DNA of 64,000 bases from Patescibacteria group bacterium (GCA_018817595.1 JAHITU010000001.1:32109-96108); one strand, 5' to 3'. Shown: positions 38,808-49,349, counted from the stretch's first letter. The notes: generated by a model not told the origin, from the letters alone. Made by a program: numbers and translations.

Positions 38808-40553
38808 TTATAGTTTATTCGCTTCTTCAAATGGGATTATTTTTTTAAATGCCTTCATAAAAGCATCTTGCCTCATTGTAATCATTCCTTTGGATCTAAC
38901 AACTTCTTCAATAGAAATAGAATCTGGACTTTTCAAGATCACCTCCTCAATTTCATGGTCCATTTCAATAACCTCGTAAACTCCAGTTCTTCCCTTTAAT
39001 CCTTGTGGGTTATTTTCTGTAGGAGTTGCCTCATAAACATTTTCAGGAAAAACTATATCTTTTTTAAATTCTTCTGGTAAATCTTCAAATGTTTTTTCAA
39101 CAATCATTTTTATAGATCCTTCTATCGGAATAGGTTTACCAGAACCTTCTGATAATTTCCTAACCAGTCTTTGAGCAATTGCGACTATCAATGTTGGAGC
39201 AATTAAATAAGGGTCGACCCCCATTTCTACAAGTCTAGGTATAACACCAACAGCATCATTGGTGTGAATAGTAGATAATACTAAGTGACCAGTTAAAGCA
39301 GCCTGAATAGCCAACCCAGCAGTTTCTTTATCTCTAATCTCTCCCACCATGATTACATCAGGATCTTGTCGCAAGGTAGTTCTTAAACCACTAGCAAAAG
39401 TATAACCAATTTCAGGTCTTACTTGAGATTGACTTACTCCATCAACATTTTTTTCTACCGGATCTTCAAGACTTAAAACATTTTTTCCCAGAGTATCTAC
39501 CTCATTTAATATTGAATATAAGGTAGTTGTCTTACCTGATCCAGTTGGTCCTGAAATTAAAACCAACCCGTGAGATTTTTCTATTCCTCTTTTTATAATT
39601 CCTAGGTTTTTTTCACTTAAACCAATTGTATCCAGTTTAGCTACCCCTCTTGATGATTCCAAAAGACGCATAACCACCTTCTCACCGTAATATGTAGGAA
39701 AAGTTGAAACTCGAAAATCCACCTTATTATTATCAACCATTGCAGAAAAACGACCATCTTGGGGTTTTCTTTTTTCATCCAATCTCATCTGAGCAAGAAT
39801 TTTTATTCTTGCTACTACAGCTCCGTGAATTTTTGCAGGTAAAATTAGATGTGTGTCTAAAACACCATCGATACGAAAACGAACTCTTACCTTCTCACCT
39901 ATATGTTCTATGTGAACATCAGATGCTTCTTCTTCGTGTGCAAATCTTAAAATAGTAGCTACTATTTTTGTCACAGGTGCATCTTCGGTGATAGTAGCTT
40001 CTGCCTGTTGATTCTTTAATTTATCTACTTTACTAACAGCACTACTTATTTTAGCTTCTTCTTCTGTTAATTCTGATTCCAATTCACTTAATGCTTCAGA
40101 AACCTCTCCTCTCAATCCACCATAACCTTCAATAGCTAATTCAAAATCATCCTGGGAAATAACAAACAACTTAAAAGGTAAACCTATTTTAGAAGAAATA
40201 AATTGAATTGCATCACGTGCTTCTATATTGGAAGGGTCTATCATTCCAATTTCTAAAAAATTATCCTCCACTCCCAAAGGAACAAATTTATAATGTAGAG
40301 CTGATTTTTCAGGAACGTATTTCAGAGCTTGATTTGAAAAATCACTAACATTTAAATCTTTATAAGGTAAACTAAAAAACTCCTCCTTTGCTTTGAGAAT
40401 TTCTTTCTTATCAATACCTCTGTTTATTAAAAGTTTATCTAATGTTCCATCTTCTTCATTAACTAAACTTTTTTTTATTTCATCAGATATTTCAGGAGTT
40501 ATTATATTTTTTTTAAATAAAATATCTAAATACGTCATTTTTTTTAATAACAC
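38808..40553 (-). CDS. pilB: Type IV pilus assembly ATPase (GspE/PilB family)
   Basis: 581 aa. N-terminal GSPII domains and Walker A GPTGSGKTT. Confidence 0.85.
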   Translation of the reverse strand: MLLKKMTYLDILFKKNIITPEISDEIKKSLVNEEDGTLDKLLINRGIDKKEILKAKEEFFSLPYKDLNVSDFSNQALKYVPEKSALHYKFVPLGVEDNFLEIGMIDPSNIEARDAIQFISSKIGLPFKLFVISQDDFELAIEGYGGLRGEVSEALSELESELTEEEAKISSAVSKVDKLKNQQAEATITEDAPVTKIVATILRFAHEEEASDVHIEHIGEKVRVRFRIDGVLDTHLILPAKIHGAVVARIKILAQMRLDEKRKPQDGRFSAMVDNNKVDFRVSTFPTYYGEKVVMRLLESSRGVAKLDTIGLSEKNLGIIKRGIEKSHGLVLISGPTGSGKTTTLYSILNEVDTLGKNVLSLEDPVEKNVDGVSQSQVRPEIGYTFASGLRTTLRQDPDVIMVGEIRDKETAGLAIQAALTGHLVLSTIHTNDAVGVIPRLVEMGVDPYLIAPTLIVAIAQRLVRKLSEGSGKPIPIEGSIKMIVEKTFEDLPEEFKKDIVFPENVYEATPTENNPQGLKGRTGVYEVIEMDHEIEEVILKSPDSISIEEVVRSKGMITMRQDAFMKAFKKIIPFEEANKL

Positions 40554-40604
40554 AATTCTTTAAAGAAAAGATAAATTCTATAAGAGGATTCTGGTAACCT
40601 AAAA

Positions 40605-40925
40605 CTATTCATTTAGGGTTACAGCTTCTTCTTCAAAAACAAAATCTTCAAAAGGATTTTCTCTTCCTTTTTCCTTCTCACCTAGTTCTATACTAAAATC
40701 TACCAAACTTGAAAAAACAATTTCATCAAAGAGAGAGTCGTCTAATTTCAAGGATTTTAAAGCCAAGAGTATTTCTAGTGTTTCTTTTCCAACTTCGTTA
40801 ATGTCACTAGTATTAATAGAAACTAATTGAGAAACAGCAGAAGCTTTTCCTAAACCAAAAAACGCCAGTAACAAAATACAGAACAGGATTAAAAGATTTG
40901 TTTTTTTGAATATTTTACTTAACAT
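40605..40925 (-). CDS. Small secreted protein in the pilMNO operon (PilP-like position)
   Basis: 106 aa with a signal peptide. Position-based call only. Confidence 0.35.
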   Translation of the reverse strand: MLSKIFKKTNLLILFCILLLAFFGLGKASAVSQLVSINTSDINEVGKETLEILLALKSLKLDDSLFDEIVFSSLVDFSIELGEKEKGRENPFEDFVFEEEAVTLNE

Positions 40926-40938
40926 TTTTTAAATTAAA

Positions 40939-41475
40939 TTATTTTAACCAATAAGTTGTGAAATTAAATTTAAACTGATATAAACCAACTTTTTCAGCTT
41001 CAAAAGACAAATTGTTTATATCCATGATTCTTAAACTACTACTTAAATCACCCAAAAAACTAAGGAAGTCATCATAGGATGATTCAATTGTAATATCTAA
41101 ATTTATATTATTGTACTCTTCGACATCTTTCCCTAACAACGCATTCTCTTCAACAGGAGCGCTTACATCTACCCTTCTTATAGTTGCTCCATATTTTGAG
41201 GCTAAGGAATCAATTTCCATTACTAATCTTACATTATCCACATTATCTGGAATAATTTTTTCTAATTTACTAACATTTTCAGGATCAAAGGAATTATATT
41301 GTGACAATAAACTATCCCTTACATTTCTTAATTCTTTCGATTTATCAAGAGCTTCATCATATTGTGTTTTTTTGATTTTCAAAGCTTGAATATTATTAAA
41401 ATTAGGATTAATAAAAAAGAAGAATAATCCTCCAGATACTAATATTAAGAAAAAAGGTAATGCAAATTTAAACAT
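40939..41475 (-). CDS. PilO-like bitopic membrane protein
   Basis: 178 aa. N-terminal TM then a coiled coil. Operon context. Confidence 0.5.
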   Translation of the reverse strand: MFKFALPFFLILVSGGLFFFFINPNFNNIQALKIKKTQYDEALDKSKELRNVRDSLLSQYNSFDPENVSKLEKIIPDNVDNVRLVMEIDSLASKYGATIRRVDVSAPVEENALLGKDVEEYNNINLDITIESSYDDFLSFLGDLSSSLRIMDINNLSFEAEKVGLYQFKFNFTTYWLK

Positions 41476-41479
41476 ATTA

Positions 41480-42052
41480 TTATTCTACTTCTACTAAATT
41501 ATCTTTAAAAGATATTAATCTAGGGTCTAATTTCATCACAACTGAAAAAATAATATCTCCTTCACTATTTACTCCTAAATCTGAAAAAATAGGCTCTTTT
41601 ATATCTTTATGTCTACCAAAAATATCTGACTGAATTGCTACAGCTGCATAGCTACTTGCTTTTCCATCTAATGTTAGCAAGTAACCTTCCTTGCTTTTTT
41701 CAAAACTTAAATTGGAATACATAACCTCTTTTAGTGTATTTTCTTCAAGAAAACTAAATAAATGAACTAAGGATATATGTTTATTTAATATATCTTTTGC
41801 AGCTTCCATTCTTTTGTCAAACTGGGATAATTCTTGAATTAATGTCAAATCTAAATTTCCTTTTTCTTTTTCTAAAATTATATTCTTATTTTCAATTTCA
41901 CCTTCTAAAAAGCTTTTGTAAAAGAAAACACCAATAGAGGAAACAATACTTAATACAAAAATAAAAGATGCTATGGTCAAAAATAAACCGACATAGTTTT
42001 TATTAGAAGTTGCTTTGGCATAATTTTTTTTGGGGATAAAAGAAGTTTCCAT
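41480..42052 (-). CDS. PilN-like bitopic membrane protein
   Basis: 190 aa. TM helix then a coiled coil. Confidence 0.5.
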   Translation of the reverse strand: METSFIPKKNYAKATSNKNYVGLFLTIASFIFVLSIVSSIGVFFYKSFLEGEIENKNIILEKEKGNLDLTLIQELSQFDKRMEAAKDILNKHISLVHLFSFLEENTLKEVMYSNLSFEKSKEGYLLTLDGKASSYAAVAIQSDIFGRHKDIKEPIFSDLGVNSEGDIIFSVVMKLDPRLISFKDNLVEVE

Positions 42053-42126
42053 ATTCTATATTATACATTAAAAAGCAATCTCTATCATAAAAACCTGTGG
42101 ATATAAATTAAAAATTGATTCAAACC

Positions 42127-43311
42127 CTAGGAATTACCGTCTTCTAAACCTCGGAGAGCAAGTCCAACTGCCACAGCGAATTCAGGACCGATTTCCTTTA
42201 GAACCTCATCTAAAAAAGCTGGTGTTCTAACTTTTGAAAAAGGATCTGCTATTTGCGAATTTATTTCTAGATTTTTAGAAGTAAAAGCTGGTAAGCCTTT
42301 AATAACAGAACCTCCTCCTGTAAATATTAATTCTTTTATATTTTTATTGTATATAGACTGATATCTTTTCAAAACTTTATTAGCTTCAATAAAAATATAT
42401 TTTAAATTGGTTGCCATAACATCAGCAATTTCTTTGTCTGAACTTGCTGGATTTTCTAAATCAATTGCTCTTTTTTTCTCCTCAGCTTCTTTAATAGAAA
42501 TTCCTAAAGCTCGAGATATAGCAAGAGATATATCTTGTGAACCTTTATTTATTATATGAGAATCCTTTACAACTCCATATTCAACTATATAAAGTTTACT
42601 AACACTTGCCCCAATATCTAACATAGCTACTGTACTTATATTGTGGTCAATTACAGAACGAATAGTGCTGAAGATTTCTATTTCTAAAAAATTTAAACTA
42701 AGCTCTGCCTGTTTGATTATATTTTGATATCTTTCAATGGCATTTTTATGGATAGCAACTACAAAAATTTTTACTTTTTCTCCTTGCTTGAATTTTTCAT
42801 CTTTTTTATCATAATTATTATAATTAATAGCTGGTCTATTATCTTTTTCAATATCATCTGGTTCGTCATCAATAAGAGGGTCATCAGGAATAATTCGCCA
42901 ATCCAAAATTACTTCAGAAATAGGCACTGGAATATATCTTCTAGCTTCAATAGGAATGATTTTCTTTAATTGATCTTCTGTCATCTTTGGAATTTCCATA
43001 TCAAAAACCAAAGCAGATCGAATTGGTATACACACTCCACATTCTGAAACATTCACGCGGGATTCTTCTAATAAATTAATCAAAGATGCGCTAATCTGTT
43101 TATCGCTTAAGTTGGTAGACCTTCCAACTTCTGTCCCACCTGCTGGACCTAAAGATAATTCTCCATAAGTTTCTAAAATAGCTACTCCCTTTTCTTTTTT
43201 AAGTTGAACTACTTTAATAGCGGAAGAACCAATATCAACGCCCAAAAAACTTTGTGATTTTTTTTGAAGAAAATTTAAATTTTTTAACTTTTCAGTAATA
43301 TTTTCAAACAT
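42127..43311 (-). CDS. pilM: Type IV pilus assembly protein PilM (actin-like ATPase)
   Basis: 394 aa. FLGVDIGSSAIKVVQL and a second actin-fold motif. Contains a D/E-rich insertion. Confidence 0.8.
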   Translation of the reverse strand: MFENITEKLKNLNFLQKKSQSFLGVDIGSSAIKVVQLKKEKGVAILETYGELSLGPAGGTEVGRSTNLSDKQISASLINLLEESRVNVSECGVCIPIRSALVFDMEIPKMTEDQLKKIIPIEARRYIPVPISEVILDWRIIPDDPLIDDEPDDIEKDNRPAINYNNYDKKDEKFKQGEKVKIFVVAIHKNAIERYQNIIKQAELSLNFLEIEIFSTIRSVIDHNISTVAMLDIGASVSKLYIVEYGVVKDSHIINKGSQDISLAISRALGISIKEAEEKKRAIDLENPASSDKEIADVMATNLKYIFIEANKVLKRYQSIYNKNIKELIFTGGGSVIKGLPAFTSKNLEINSQIADPFSKVRTPAFLDEVLKEIGPEFAVAVGLALRGLEDGNS

Positions 43312-43337
43312 TGTAAGAATATTATATCATATAGAGA

Positions 43338-44012
43338 ATGAAAGTCTGCAATAAATTTAACAAAATCTGTGGAATAATCTTGAATATCATTATTCCCCTA
43401 AATAATACCCAAAAAAATTTGAAGAATATATCTCCTGAAGAATTTTTATCTCTAACATCTCAAAGGAAGGTTCAATTTCCTCCTATTAAAAATTCAGTGG
43501 CTATATTCAGTTACAAAAGCAAACTGGTAAAACAAGCGATTTGGTCCCTAAAATTTAAAAATAACTCTGAAATTTCAAAACTTTTTGGAGAAATACTTTA
43601 TGATTATTTAATAGAGGAGTTAGCTGATTTAAAATTGTCTCATAATTTTGATAAGCCTATTTTAATTCCCATCCCTATAACAAGAAAAAAGAAATTAGAA
43701 AGGGGTTATAACCAAACGGAATTAATCGCCCAAGAAATTAACAAATTAGATAACAATAATTCTTTTGAATACCGAAAGAATATTCTTAAAAAAATAAAAA
43801 ACACTTTACCTCAATCCCGCACTAGTAACAAAAAAGAACGAGAAGAAAATTTAAAAGGGTGTTTTAAAGTAATAATGCCCAAACTAATCAAAAACAGAAA
43901 TATTATTCTACTAGATGATGTTATTACTACAGGGGCTACTTTGACAGAAGCTAAAAAAACTCTTCAACAATATAAACCTAGAAATATTATTTGTGTTAGT
44001 TTGGCACACTAG
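43338..44012 (+). CDS. comF: ComF-family phosphoribosyltransferase-domain protein
   Basis: 224 aa. PRTase motif IILLDDVITTGATLTEA. Confidence 0.7.
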   Translation: MKVCNKFNKICGIILNIIIPLNNTQKNLKNISPEEFLSLTSQRKVQFPPIKNSVAIFSYKSKLVKQAIWSLKFKNNSEISKLFGEILYDYLIEELADLKLSHNFDKPILIPIPITRKKKLERGYNQTELIAQEINKLDNNNSFEYRKNILKKIKNTLPQSRTSNKKEREENLKGCFKVIMPKLIKNRNIILLDDVITTGATLTEAKKTLQQYKPRNIICVSLAH

Positions 44013-44130
44013 AAAAATAAATTTAATTAAATTTATTTTTTAGATTTAAGATTTAGGAATTAAGATTTAAGATTTAAGTCACCTCATCGGCGACCCGCCA
44101 AGGAGGCGGGATTTAAGATAACGGATTTTA

Positions 44131-44682
44131 TTATTTCAATAAATTAATTTTTTCACCCATTTCAATCTGAAGCCTGTCTATACTATCGTGTTTAAATATT
44201 TTAGCCTGCACCTCTTCAGAAAACATTTCCTTTACGTCTTCACTATATAACGCTCCGTCTCGTGGAATTTTAAAACTAAATTTTTCTGGGTCGTAAAAAG
44301 AAAGTTCATTAGGATAATCTAACAATAAAGGAAGAGAAGCTCCACTTAATTTTTCAACTTCTCCATTTTCTAACATAATATATTCACTACAATAAACCCA
44401 AAGAGATAATGGGAATAATTCGTTTTCTAAATCCAGATTTTCAAAGACACAAATATTTGAACTTCCCTCTCTTGTTTGCCAAGCAACCTCTGGTAGAGTA
44501 ATTAAATATTTTTCTATTGTTTCTATTAACATAGGATTTAATCCTTTATTAATGTTTTCAATTTCTGTAATTTCTTGAGGTGTTTCAATAAATTCCGATT
44601 CATCAAACATTAAGAAATCAAAAAATTGAATTCCGAAGATGATTATTATTAGGGCTATTATTGTGTAGATTGTTTTTTTCAT
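44131..44682 (-). CDS. Hypothetical secreted or membrane-anchored protein
   Basis: 183 aa with an N-terminal TM helix. Confidence 0.4.
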   Translation of the reverse strand: MKKTIYTIIALIIIIFGIQFFDFLMFDESEFIETPQEITEIENINKGLNPMLIETIEKYLITLPEVAWQTREGSSNICVFENLDLENELFPLSLWVYCSEYIMLENGEVEKLSGASLPLLLDYPNELSFYDPEKFSFKIPRDGALYSEDVKEMFSEEVQAKIFKHDSIDRLQIEMGEKINLLK

Positions 44683-45207
44683 ATTAGTTCATAATATCAT
44701 AATTAATGGGTTTTTATAAGATATTGAAAGGGAGGGATTCGGTCACTCTCATGGATATTTATTTCACCAGCACTTTTGTAAAAAGTGCTGGGTATATTCG
44801 TTCGGTTCGAATTCCTCCCTCTCATTCATAGGTTGCTAATTTCAAATACCTTAATCGGTATTTGAAATTAGCAATGCGGAGAGGGAGGGATTCGGTCACG
44901 AATCACTAAGTAAAATTTTTCGCAAGCTCAAATTTTACTAAGTGTTCTCGACCCCGACTCGCCAGTATGAAAATTCACTGAAGTGAATTTTCTCTGGCTC
45001 CGTCCTTCGAATCCCTCCTCACTGACAAAACAATAATAAAAGACAACAACTTAGGTTGCTGTCTTTTATTATTGTTGCGGGCAACCTCGGTCTGGAACCG
45101 TAGGTTACCAAGCCCTGCAAGGCGGTTTTAAGCTTTTTAGAGCTACTAACCGAAGGATCCTCGTGCGCCTTTATTTTTTATATCTAATCAATTCTTCTAA
45201 TAATAAA

Positions 45208-45801
45208 TTAACCATAAACCTGTTTACATTGATCTGCAGTTAATGTAAATTTAGAAAGTTTCGGCATTACTTCTTGAGCTTTTATAGCATCATCAAAAAA
45301 ATCATTAACTTCTTTTAGAGTTATTTTAATTTCATCAATACTTATAGATGGGTTTCCTATATGATGAATTATTAAATTTCTTTTATTTAAAAACTTATGA
45401 CAACTACTTACAAAATCCTTTAAATATTGGTTTATTTCTTCGAGTTCATCTTCGTCGAGATCACCTTTTAATTTTCTTAAAGGAATCATTTTTTTAATAT
45501 TTTTAAGTATTTTTCGGGTATCTATTTTTTCTTCATAAAAGAACTGATCCTCTTTAGGTTTTTTGAATTCCTGTTTAGTTTCAAGAGCTTCTTTAACCCA
45601 TATTTGCTCTAATACTCTAAATACCTGAATGCAAGAAAATTCAAGTAATCCAGCTCTAATTGTAAGTCCACCTATTTGTTTTGCTAGATTTTCTGATTCT
45701 ATTGCAGTTTTTGCAATTTGAGTTAATTTATTTAATTTAGATATTTGATTCATTTTAATTAAATTATTTATTAATTTTAAAAAGTGACAAAAGTGACACA
45801 T
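45208..45801 (-). CDS. Hypothetical protein with a possible HEPN (Rx4HH) motif
   Basis: 197 aa. KRNLIIHH near the C-terminus. Last gene of the six-gene minus-strand operon. Confidence 0.35.
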   Translation of the reverse strand: MCHFCHFLKLINNLIKMNQISKLNKLTQIAKTAIESENLAKQIGGLTIRAGLLEFSCIQVFRVLEQIWVKEALETKQEFKKPKEDQFFYEEKIDTRKILKNIKKMIPLRKLKGDLDEDELEEINQYLKDFVSSCHKFLNKRNLIIHHIGNPSISIDEIKITLKEVNDFFDDAIKAQEVMPKLSKFTLTADQCKQVYG

Positions 45802-45834
45802 AATTGATATATAAAGTTACACTCCTCTGTAACT

Positions 45835-46764
45835 CTACGCTTCCCGTTTCTCAAACTCTTCTTCAAACTTCTTAAGTATTTCAGGTTGTAAGCAGTATTC
45901 TCTTATTTTTTTCTCCTGTTTACTACTTATCGTGTTTTTATATTTAGCATAATTTAGTAACTGTATATCTGGAAACGAGAATCTGGCATTAATCTTTTTG
46001 CCCCTGTGTATTACATGGAAATGTTTATCGTGGTCATCACTGTATACTCTCAATTCAAAACCCTGAAAGTCGGAAACTAATCCTTTGAGTAGTGGACCTC
46101 TCCATTCTAGAGCATCTTTGTATCGATCTTCCAACTCTTTTTCCTTCTTATCATTCTCGCTATAAAGATAATCTTCAAATGAGTCTTCTGATTTCTCGAG
46201 TATATCTAAAATTCCTACAGCAATACCAATATTTTTGCCGTGAATATGTTGCTCCGTGTCTAAAGATTTTTGTTTACGACTTTCATATATTTTTGATAAT
46301 TCCGCGTAATAATTTTTAAGATCATCTTCATATTGTGTGATTACTTTGCCAATCTTACCATGACGTTCTAGTATTTCCTGATCAGCACCTTTTTCCGGTT
46401 CCAGCTCTTTGACGATTATCGGTATAAAAATTGATTGTTCTTTTTCACTTTGACCACTCAGTTTAATGGTCATTCGTCCTTGTGACTCTTTTATAAAACC
46501 AACGTTAAATTGATTAAATTGAAATACTTCCTTAAAAGTGATATATCCAAATAATCTTGATAAAAGAGTGACTTTACCAACCGATATGTTTGAACCAAGT
46601 ATTGTTTGAGCTTTGATATCTATCAGTTCCAGACTGATGTCTCTAGAAAAACCGTACGGGGTTTTTAGCCAAGACAACGGGACATTCCCCGAGATGAGGA
46701 ATCTAGCGCCAACGTTTTGAAATGGTTTTGGATCCGATATGTAGATTTTATTTTCTCTTCGCAT
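45835..46764 (-). CDS. Protein with a C-terminal DUF4160-like domain
   Basis: 309 aa. VYSDDHDKHFHVIHRGKKINARFSF matches the DUF4160 signature (YSNDHxPPHxHV...F). The N-terminal 230 aa are unassigned. Confidence 0.45.
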   Translation of the reverse strand: MRRENKIYISDPKPFQNVGARFLISGNVPLSWLKTPYGFSRDISLELIDIKAQTILGSNISVGKVTLLSRLFGYITFKEVFQFNQFNVGFIKESQGRMTIKLSGQSEKEQSIFIPIIVKELEPEKGADQEILERHGKIGKVITQYEDDLKNYYAELSKIYESRKQKSLDTEQHIHGKNIGIAVGILDILEKSEDSFEDYLYSENDKKEKELEDRYKDALEWRGPLLKGLVSDFQGFELRVYSDDHDKHFHVIHRGKKINARFSFPDIQLLNYAKYKNTISSKQEKKIREYCLQPEILKKFEEEFEKREA

Positions 46765-46978
46765 TTTTAATTAACTTTACTAAATCTTCTTCTTTTTCAT
46801 AAACCCTAAATTTTCCAGACAAGACACCAAGTCTGTAATCTATACCTTCACTCATTAATCGCCAGTTTGTATCTTCTAATCTTTTCTTTATTAATTTCTT
46901 CAAATTATTTTTACTATCATATTCGTTTTCTGTTTTAGAGTCTTCGAGAGTAAAAGATAAAGAAACAATTCTATCCAT
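46748..46978 (-). CDS. Small hypothetical protein (76 aa) overlapping the DUF4160 gene
   Basis: 17-nt overlap with the downstream gene. No motif recognised. Confidence 0.35.
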   Translation of the reverse strand: MDRIVSLSFTLEDSKTENEYDSKNNLKKLIKKRLEDTNWRLMSEGIDYRLGVLSGKFRVYEKEEDLVKLIKNAKRK

Positions 46979-47050
46979 ATCAGGTTTATCAAAGATAAGA
47001 TTAGAATAATGAGTGTCTTTTAAAATTTCAACAACATGTTCTTTAAAACA

Positions 47051-48439
47051 CTACTCGTATTGAGAATGAATATTTTTTACATAATCTTCTGTTACTTGCA
47101 AAATTTCATCGAATGTTAGTATTTCAATATTTTGCAAAGAATTTCTTAGTTTAGTGAAGTCTCTTTTTAAACATTTACTTTTCACTTTATCTAGCTTACT
47201 TGTTGTTAATTTTTTATTGGAGGAAATAATAATAATTCCTCTTGGGTGATAAAGATTTTCTTCTTCTGTTATATTGGTAATTTTTTTCTCATCGGAGCTA
47301 TTTTGGAATCTTTTTTGAACTATAGCGTCCATGTAATTCATAGTTTGTATAATTGCCTTACTAAGTTCTGAAGAAAAACCAAAATTTTTATGAGAAGGAT
47401 CCCAGACAAGAGTGGTTTTTAAATGAGTTTTAATCTCAATAATATCAAGACCGTTATAATGATTTACACCAACAAAATCAGGATATTTTTTATCACCTTC
47501 AACATCTTTGAATTCAATTTTAGGATATATTTTTTTGTAAGAAAATACGAGATATAATAAATATTTCTCAAAAAATTTCTGCCACAAACTTTCAAGTTGG
47601 TTTATTTCTTCAACATTATCAACAATTTTTAATATTACATTTTTAGCCTTTTCCGTCTTCATGTCTGTCGTTCCCAGGCTAAGAATTTCTTTTCCGATTA
47701 TTATAATATCCTTCAGTTTTTCTTTTATAAAGTATTCGTCAAGAGATCTTAAAAAATCAGATGAAAAAACCTCGTCTTTAATTAATTTTTCTGTAAAATA
47801 TTCTAAATTATTTGTATCTTCTATATCTAGATAATTTATATAGTCTTTCTTTTCATTTTTATTTTTTAAATTAAAACGCTCCACCATAAAAGAAAAATCT
47901 CCTTTAGCAATAGTCGTTGTTTCTCTAGGCATCTTGTTTGTATATTTTAATTTTAATTTATTTATTAAGAATGTTTCTAGTCTATTTTTACTAGACTTTC
48001 CTTTTTTAAAAACCTCGTAAGAATCAGAGGCCATATCAATAAAAATCGACTCGGGGATTTGTATAGTTTTTTCTTTTGTTTTCCTTAATATTTTTTTGCC
48101 ACCGTAGATTATTTTTATCTTTTCAAAAGAGTTATTGATATCTAATATATTTTTTATATATTCAAACCAACTTATATCATATCCATTAATATAACGAACA
48201 TTTAAGACATCCCAAATATTAGTTTTATATGAAATTACCAAAGTTTGTCTATTATTCTTTTTTTCATAAATATTTTTTGACTTTTTATAGTAATAAAAAT
48301 CAATATAAACACTTTTATCATCAAAGATAACAATGTTACCAGCAGGGCAAGATATTTTTTCATCTTCAAAAACCATCTCTGGCCACTCTAGATTTTTAAA
48401 GAATTCAATAATTTTTTCTCTAGATTCTCTTGGGGTCAT
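47051..48439 (-). CDS. Putative PD-(D/E)xK nuclease (Shedu/DUF4263-like C-terminal domain)
   Basis: 462 aa. C-terminal KYPDFVGVNHYNGLDIIEIKTHLK shows a PD...(D/E)xK arrangement, then ...QTMNY. The N-terminal 330 aa have no recognisable motif. Confidence 0.45.
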   Translation of the reverse strand: MTPRESREKIIEFFKNLEWPEMVFEDEKISCPAGNIVIFDDKSVYIDFYYYKKSKNIYEKKNNRQTLVISYKTNIWDVLNVRYINGYDISWFEYIKNILDINNSFEKIKIIYGGKKILRKTKEKTIQIPESIFIDMASDSYEVFKKGKSSKNRLETFLINKLKLKYTNKMPRETTTIAKGDFSFMVERFNLKNKNEKKDYINYLDIEDTNNLEYFTEKLIKDEVFSSDFLRSLDEYFIKEKLKDIIIIGKEILSLGTTDMKTEKAKNVILKIVDNVEEINQLESLWQKFFEKYLLYLVFSYKKIYPKIEFKDVEGDKKYPDFVGVNHYNGLDIIEIKTHLKTTLVWDPSHKNFGFSSELSKAIIQTMNYMDAIVQKRFQNSSDEKKITNITEEENLYHPRGIIIISSNKKLTTSKLDKVKSKCLKRDFTKLRNSLQNIEILTFDEILQVTEDYVKNIHSQYE

Positions 48440-48649
48440 TTATTTTTTCTTACGATTATAAGGTGATTGATTTGTAGGTTTTAAGCTAACACCAAGATTC
48501 GATGCTTTGCTACTAACTCCTCCTACTGGTCGACCGAGTTTAAGTCCAATAACACGCGTTGGTGTATTTTTCCTCGCAAGTTCTTTTAATTGTTTTTCTT
48601 CAATAGGTGTCCATTTTTTACCTGCATTTTTTATATATTTTTTTACCAT
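48440..48649 (-). CDS. Small basic putative DNA-binding protein (69 aa)
   Basis: WTPIEEKQLKELARKNTPTRVIGLKLGR. Abuts its neighbours with 1-6 nt gaps in an operon. Confidence 0.4.
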   Translation of the reverse strand: MVKKYIKNAGKKWTPIEEKQLKELARKNTPTRVIGLKLGRPVGGVSSKASNLGVSLKPTNQSPYNRKKK

Positions 48650-48654
48650 GTTTT

Positions 48655-49305
48655 TTATAAGTTAGGATTTTTAATAATATCGACAACTTTACCACTAATA
48701 ATTAAATCACTTTCATCAACAAAAATAGGGTGATGTCCTTTTTCTGTTGATTCTGATACAAGAATAATTTGTTTATTTTCTTGATCTAGTTTATATTTTT
48801 TAATATTTGCAAGACCGTCTATTACTGAAACTACAACATCATTTGGTCTGGGTCTTGAATAATTACTATCTACAACAACATAATCACCATCTTCTATATT
48901 TTTACCGTTAACGTTTGTGTTATTCATTGAATTTCCACTAGCTATAATTACATATAATTCTTTTTTACGATGAGGTAACCTTTTTGAAGATATTTTAAGA
49001 TATCCTTCAATTCTTTCATTTGCGAAAATGGTTGCTGGACCACAATTTGCTGAACCAACTATAGGTAATGAAAAAATATTTGTTTTATTACCTATACCTA
49101 CAACACCTCTTTTTACGACGTTAATTATATTCTCACTAAGATTAACCCTAAGTAAACCTTTTTTATCAAGTTGTAATAAATGATGTTTAGCAATTTGAGG
49201 TTTATTTGATGCTCCTATAAGGTTAGCTATCTGCCTAAGACTCATTTTCCCTAAATTGGGATTATCTTGGGCAAGATTATAAAGTTTTTGTTGATATTCA
49301 TTCAT
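48655..49305 (-). CDS. LexA/CI-type S24 peptidase repressor
   Basis: 216 aa. Winged-helix N-terminus (MSLRQIANLIGASNKPQIAKHHLLQLDKKGLL). Catalytic Ser in ASGNSM and Lys in ANIKKY. Confidence 0.75.
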   Translation of the reverse strand: MNEYQQKLYNLAQDNPNLGKMSLRQIANLIGASNKPQIAKHHLLQLDKKGLLRVNLSENIINVVKRGVVGIGNKTNIFSLPIVGSANCGPATIFANERIEGYLKISSKRLPHRKKELYVIIASGNSMNNTNVNGKNIEDGDYVVVDSNYSRPRPNDVVVSVIDGLANIKKYKLDQENKQIILVSESTEKGHHPIFVDESDLIISGKVVDIIKNPNL

Positions 49306-49349
49306 ATGTGCCTATTATAACAAATTTAGTTAAATAATGCAAGTTTTTA

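Noticed and set aside
44725-45030. tmRNA, suggested by GGGAGGGATTCGG 5'-like and TTCGAATCC T-loop-like segments
   Set aside because: No acceptor stem pairs a 5' end with a T-arm plus acceptor 3' end. The segments are better explained as four partial copies of the tRNA-Ser(GCU) 3' end (19-20 of 20 nt identity) in both orientations.
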